In this document: piece by piece, positions 59,775 through 64,000 of the stretch
How positions within the stretch are numbered: the stretch's first letter is position 1
Layout: the number at the start of each line of letters is the position of its first letter
Assembly (NCBI GenBank): GCA_964016885.1
Contig: OZ024743.1
Coordinates: 72,168,001 to 72,232,000 of the forward strand
Direction: 5' to 3'
Origin: Eledone cirrhosa
Lineage: Eukaryota
Length of the DNA: 64,000 bases
Position numbers and translations under genes: made by a program
The notes under the pieces: generated by a model
Told to the model about the DNA's origin: nothing
The model's database searches: none
What the model saw: only the letters and a program-made list of their open reading frames with translations

Positions 59775-61925
59775 TATTATTATTATTGTTCTTTGAGTCT
59801 CAGTCATTGACGTGGGTTAACTGGAAAGTTTGTTGAAATGAATATCAAGCCACTACCTGCAGCCTCAGATATTCAGGACGTATCAGAGGGTTCTTGCTGT
59901 TCCCAGCAAGCATGCCTTTTGAAGTGTTCCAAAAAGCGGGGCGGGGCCAATTTCTTTAACCATCCCTGGAAACTCTTTCAGATAGTACCTAGTGTGCCTA
60001 TGAAAATCGGGACCACTTTGACTTCATGGTAGTGCCAAATCCTTTTTACCTCCCATTTTAAGTCCTGGTATCGGTTAATTTTCTCCCTCTCCTTCTCTTG
60101 TACTCTCATGTCGAATGGGCAGGCCACATCCACAATCAGGCACGATCTTTTTTCCTTGTCCAAAACCACCAGGTCAGGTCTATTGTGTTCCAGTTTGTTG
60201 TCCGTCTGTATCCTAAAATCCCACTGCTCCTTCACCTGATCGTTTTATATCACCGACTCTGGTTTATGCTCATACCACTTCTCAGAATGTTGTAAATTGT
60301 TGACTTTGCATAGGTGCCAGTGGATCACCCTGCCCATCACATCATGTCTCCAGCCTTTATAGTGAGTCTGGGCTAGGTGTTTACACTCGGATACAATGTG
60401 AGCCACAGTCTCCTATCTCAGTCCACAGATCATGCACAGTGGGCTAGTTTCCTCTTTCTAAATATGGTGTTTCAACCACTTCGTTTTGAGGGCCTGCTCT
60501 TGGGCAGCCATCAGCATTTCTTCTGTAGCCTTTTTAAGGTCTCCTCTTTTCAACCAGTTGCATGTCTGTGGGTCTCTGAATTCAGTTTTCTCAAAGAAGG
60601 TACTATGAAGGAATTGTTCATGAAGGTTGCTCTTTCTCCTTGTTATTTCCTCCTTGGACATCCCTGGTCTATTGTCCTCTCCTTCAGTACAATTCTGAGG
60701 ATTGACTCCCTACTATCAGTCACGTATTTGTGTAGGTTGTTTTTCTCCATCTGAACACAGTCCTCTATGCTGATAAGACCTCTTCCACCTTGAGATCTCC
60801 TTAACTAGAGTCTATCGACATCTTGTGGAACATGTTGTAGATAGTCAATAGCTTCCTAATCTTCCTATCCATTTCTTTCTGTTCAGCAACATTCCATCTC
60901 AGAATTCCCGCACTGTACCTAATAATAGACACAGCTCGGGAATATACTGCACTTATGGCATTCCTACTGTTCAGATGTGACTTTAACACGCTCCTTACTC
61001 TCCGAATGTATTCAGATCTTATCAAGTCCTTCATTTTTTTGTTCTTGATGTCATCAAACTCCAGAACACCCAAATACGTGTATCCTTCTTCAGTGTCAAT
61101 TTCCTTTATCATCTCACCTGTTGGTAACTGGATTCCGTTGCTTCTGATTAATTTACCCCTCCTCATCACAAGGACTCCACAGTTACTAATACCAAATTGC
61201 ATACATATATCAATGCTGAAAATACGGACAGTGTCAACAAGCACATCCAACTCCTTCTCACTCATCCCGAAGAGCTTAAGATCGTCCATGAAGAGGAGGC
61301 GATTGATGGTAAGCTCTCCCTTTCCCAACTTGTATCCTGCTCTAACTTTTTGCAGTATAATGGTAAGGGGTATCAGGGCAAGGACAAACAACACAGGGGA
61401 CAGACTATCTCCCTGGAAGATACCTCTCTTAATCTTCACGTCTCCAAAGGATTATCCAGCTGATGTTAACTCTGTTTTCAAGGACTTCATACTTTTGCTC
61501 AACAACTGTCTGATGTTATCTGCCACCTTGAATATCTCTAGGCTTTTGGTGATCCAAGAATGAGGCACCATGTCAAATGCCTTTTTGTAGTCTATCCATC
61601 CTATGGCAAGACCAATGTGTCTCCTCTTGCAATTACTCATTACCATCTTATCAATAAGTAACTGGTCATTTGTACCACGGGACTTCTTTCGGCATCCTTT
61701 CTGTTCGTACGGTAACAAGTTGTTTGTGTGGAGGTGATGGTAGATTTCCTCAGACCCAATGCTTGTCAACAGCTTCCACATTACGGACAGACATATGATA
61801 GGTCTATAGTTGGTAACAACATTACCCTTGATTCGATCTTTCATTACCAGAACTGTGGTACATTTTGTCAACCACTCTTGTACCTCACCTGACATCAAGC
61901 AGTCATTGAACATGGTTGTCAGTAT
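59775..61925 (-). mobile_element. 5'-truncated, decayed Dong/R4 copy (sister subfamily)
   Basis: ORF pieces 61452..62006, 60801..61439, 60458..60661 and 59978..60235 are colinear with the 36253 ORF. The 3' UTR ends in (TAA)n. Confidence 0.92.
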
Positions 61926-62945
61926 CTGCAGTCCTGGGTCAAGAAGAGACTGAGACTGGGTGACTGGCACCTGGAATGTTGCCAGGCACTCACTGCCCTC
62001 TACCAAGCGGGCAATGCGATCAGTGGAACTTCCACTCTCGAGTTTTATAGAGGATTAGTGGTGGGCAAGTGCGATGACGCACTCTGAGAAGCTTTGGGCC
62101 TCGACGAAGTCGAACTGACCAGTCTGTACCGGAGGACTTTTGAGCCGGAGACGATGGACAATTTGCGGAAATCCCTCGCTTGGCAGTGCTACCGGGGGGG
62201 CACTGCCGGTTCGGGATAAACTCTACAGGCACGGAAGTGCTGTCATACGGACCTGCCCAAGATGCGCACAGAACGACGAAACCGTTCTGCACGCACTTGT
62301 CCAATGTCCGTGCATTACTGACTTGTGGAGTTATGTCGAACAGCTACTGTCGCGTGTGGAACGAATCCAGTTATCGGCCGAGTCCATAATGAAGATCGAG
62401 CCGCCACCTTCCTTAGGTCAGGAAGAGCAGGACATTTTCCTCTGTCTGGTGGCAGTTGCGAAAGAGATTATATGGTGGACCAGGTTGAAAGCACTAAAGA
62501 CAGACACTTTTCTATTCGGCCAATCCCTCATCAACTTCTTCAAGTTTCACCTGGAAAGGAGGATGAGGGTGGAGAGAGAAGTGCTGCCCCCCAGTACATT
62601 TGCTAAAAGGTGGGTGAATGTGGCAAGAATGGCTCGTGTGAATGGGCCTACTCTGACCATGCGCCTATAGGCTAGCTAACTTGAGGAGAGGGGTGCTCTC
62701 CTGGGTGCCCTAGAAGCGCAGGGTGGTTCAGGATTGGTGGGGTACCCGAATCACCCCAGGGTCGTCCACCCCCTATCGGGGAATTTATTTTGTTATATTT
62801 TGCATAGTTTATTTTATACTTTATATTTTCATTGTTAAATTAGTCTTGCCATTGTGCACTTTTACTCGACCTTATTGTAAACCCCCACTGTCCCTGTCTT
62901 TGTATTGTCCCCTACATGTCGGCCCTTGTGGCTAATAAATGAAAT
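61926..62945 (+). pseudogene. Tx1/L1-clade LINE ORF2 3' part and 3' UTR
   Basis: GALPVRDKL...CPRCAQNDETVLHALVQC (CCHC)...KRWVNVARMARVNG*, AATAAA at ~62934, then (ATT)n. Confidence 0.85.
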
Positions 62946-62946
62946 C

Positions 62947-63516
62947 ATTATTATTATTATTATTGTTCTTTGAGTCTTAGTCGTTGATGTTATTTTACTG
63001 GAAGTTAAAGGGGCGGTTATTTAACTGCAAGTTAGAGGGGCGGTGGATTGGCAGTAACGGTAAAGGGTCGAACGCCATGCTTTCCAGCTTAGTTAGATCC
63101 CTTTACAATCTGAGTTCAAATCCCGCCGAGGTTGACTCTGCGTTTCAACCTTACGTGGTCGATAAAATAAAGTACCAGTAATACACTGGGTATTTGCTGG
63201 CCTTGTGCCTAAAGTAGAAACAGTTATTTAACTGGAAGTTTGTTGAAATGAATATCAAACCATTACTTGTAGACTCAGATATTCAGGACGTATCTGAGGG
63301 TTTTTGCTGTTCCCAGTATGCATACCTTTTGAAGTGTTCCAAAAGGCGGGGCGGGACCAATTTTCTTTAACCATCCTTGGAAACTCTTTGAGATAGTACC
63401 TAGTGCGCCTATGACAATCGGGACCACTTTGACTTCATGGCAGTTCCAAATCCTTTTTACTTCCCACTTTAAGTCCTGGTATCGGTTAATTTTCTCCCTC
63501 TCCTTCTCTTGCACTC

Positions 63517-63517
<1 letters not shown>
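62947..63517 (-). mobile_element. 3' fragment of Dong/R4 flanked by (TAA)n, with its 3' UTR interrupted by a SINE
   Basis: RVQEKEREKINRYQDLKWEVKRIW...LRYVLNI in ORF 63275..63676; triplet arrays at 62947-62964 and 63518-63569. Confidence 0.9.
63034..63223 (+). mobile_element. Full-length SINE-A with 17-bp TSD present in three copies
   Basis: TTATTTAACTGGAAGTT-like at ~62990, 63017 and 63224. Confidence 0.85.
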
Positions 63518-63569
<52 letters not shown>

Positions 63570-64000
63570 GAATGCCATGGTCGACGGAGGCTCGGCTCTG
63601 TAAGGTATTGTAAATTTTGACTGCTATAACAATTGTAAATTGTTTTAAACTTTAACCAAATTGTAGACAAATACACCCTCCTCCTCGTGAGAGGGGTCTT
63701 TCTGTCCGTTATTTGGCGCTTTGGGGTTAAATAGCCGCTTATTGGCGTTTTGTGCCCAATATTTATTTTAAACCAAAGAAAACATGGCTACAAAAAAGAA
63801 TTTTCACAAGTCACTCCCACTCATTCCGTCTTCTTCTTCCTCAATCGTCACTACAGCAGAGAGAAGATTGTCTCTCTCCCTCCCTTCTTTAAATGTGTCT
63901 CTCTCCCTCCCTTCTCTTTCGCAAGCGACGCCAGTAAAGAAAAATAGTTTCCAAAATCACGTGCAAAACCAACATTTCTCCACGACAACGACAACGGCGA

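Noticed and set aside
63570-64000. GC-richer sequence at the window end, possibly the start of another element
   Set aside because: No diagnostic termini or protein motif is visible within the window.

Overview
AT-rich, microsatellite-saturated animal genomic DNA. The SINE families and the (TA)n/(TG)n density suggest an octopus or other coleoid cephalopod (inference). The window is almost entirely transposable-element derived. It holds one apparently intact R4/Dong-clade non-LTR retrotransposon (1130-aa RT plus restriction-like endonuclease, in TAA repeats) with three truncated relatives, and a decayed ~6-kb Helitron plus non-autonomous Helitrons. There is also an internally deleted hATm transposon, a nested Tx1/L1-clade LINE, an inverted RTE fragment, a ~1-kb TRIM-like miniature LTR element, about 13 tRNA-derived SINEs and many Penelope-like element (PLE) remnants. 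The most notable hidden signal is about 19 type I hammerhead-ribozyme motifs that I folded by eye, mostly in PLE pLTR-like or non-coding retrozyme-like repeats. Three unrelated families carry the compensatory non-canonical U3-A8 core (UUGANAA), several carry a C4 core (CCGANGA), and many have very long stem II insertions. A complete tRNA-like cloverleaf with an odd GGA anticodon and a Pol III terminator sits inside an inverted repeat. No host gene is confidently identified; only weak candidate exons are seen. All calls are by eye, with no database search or folding software.
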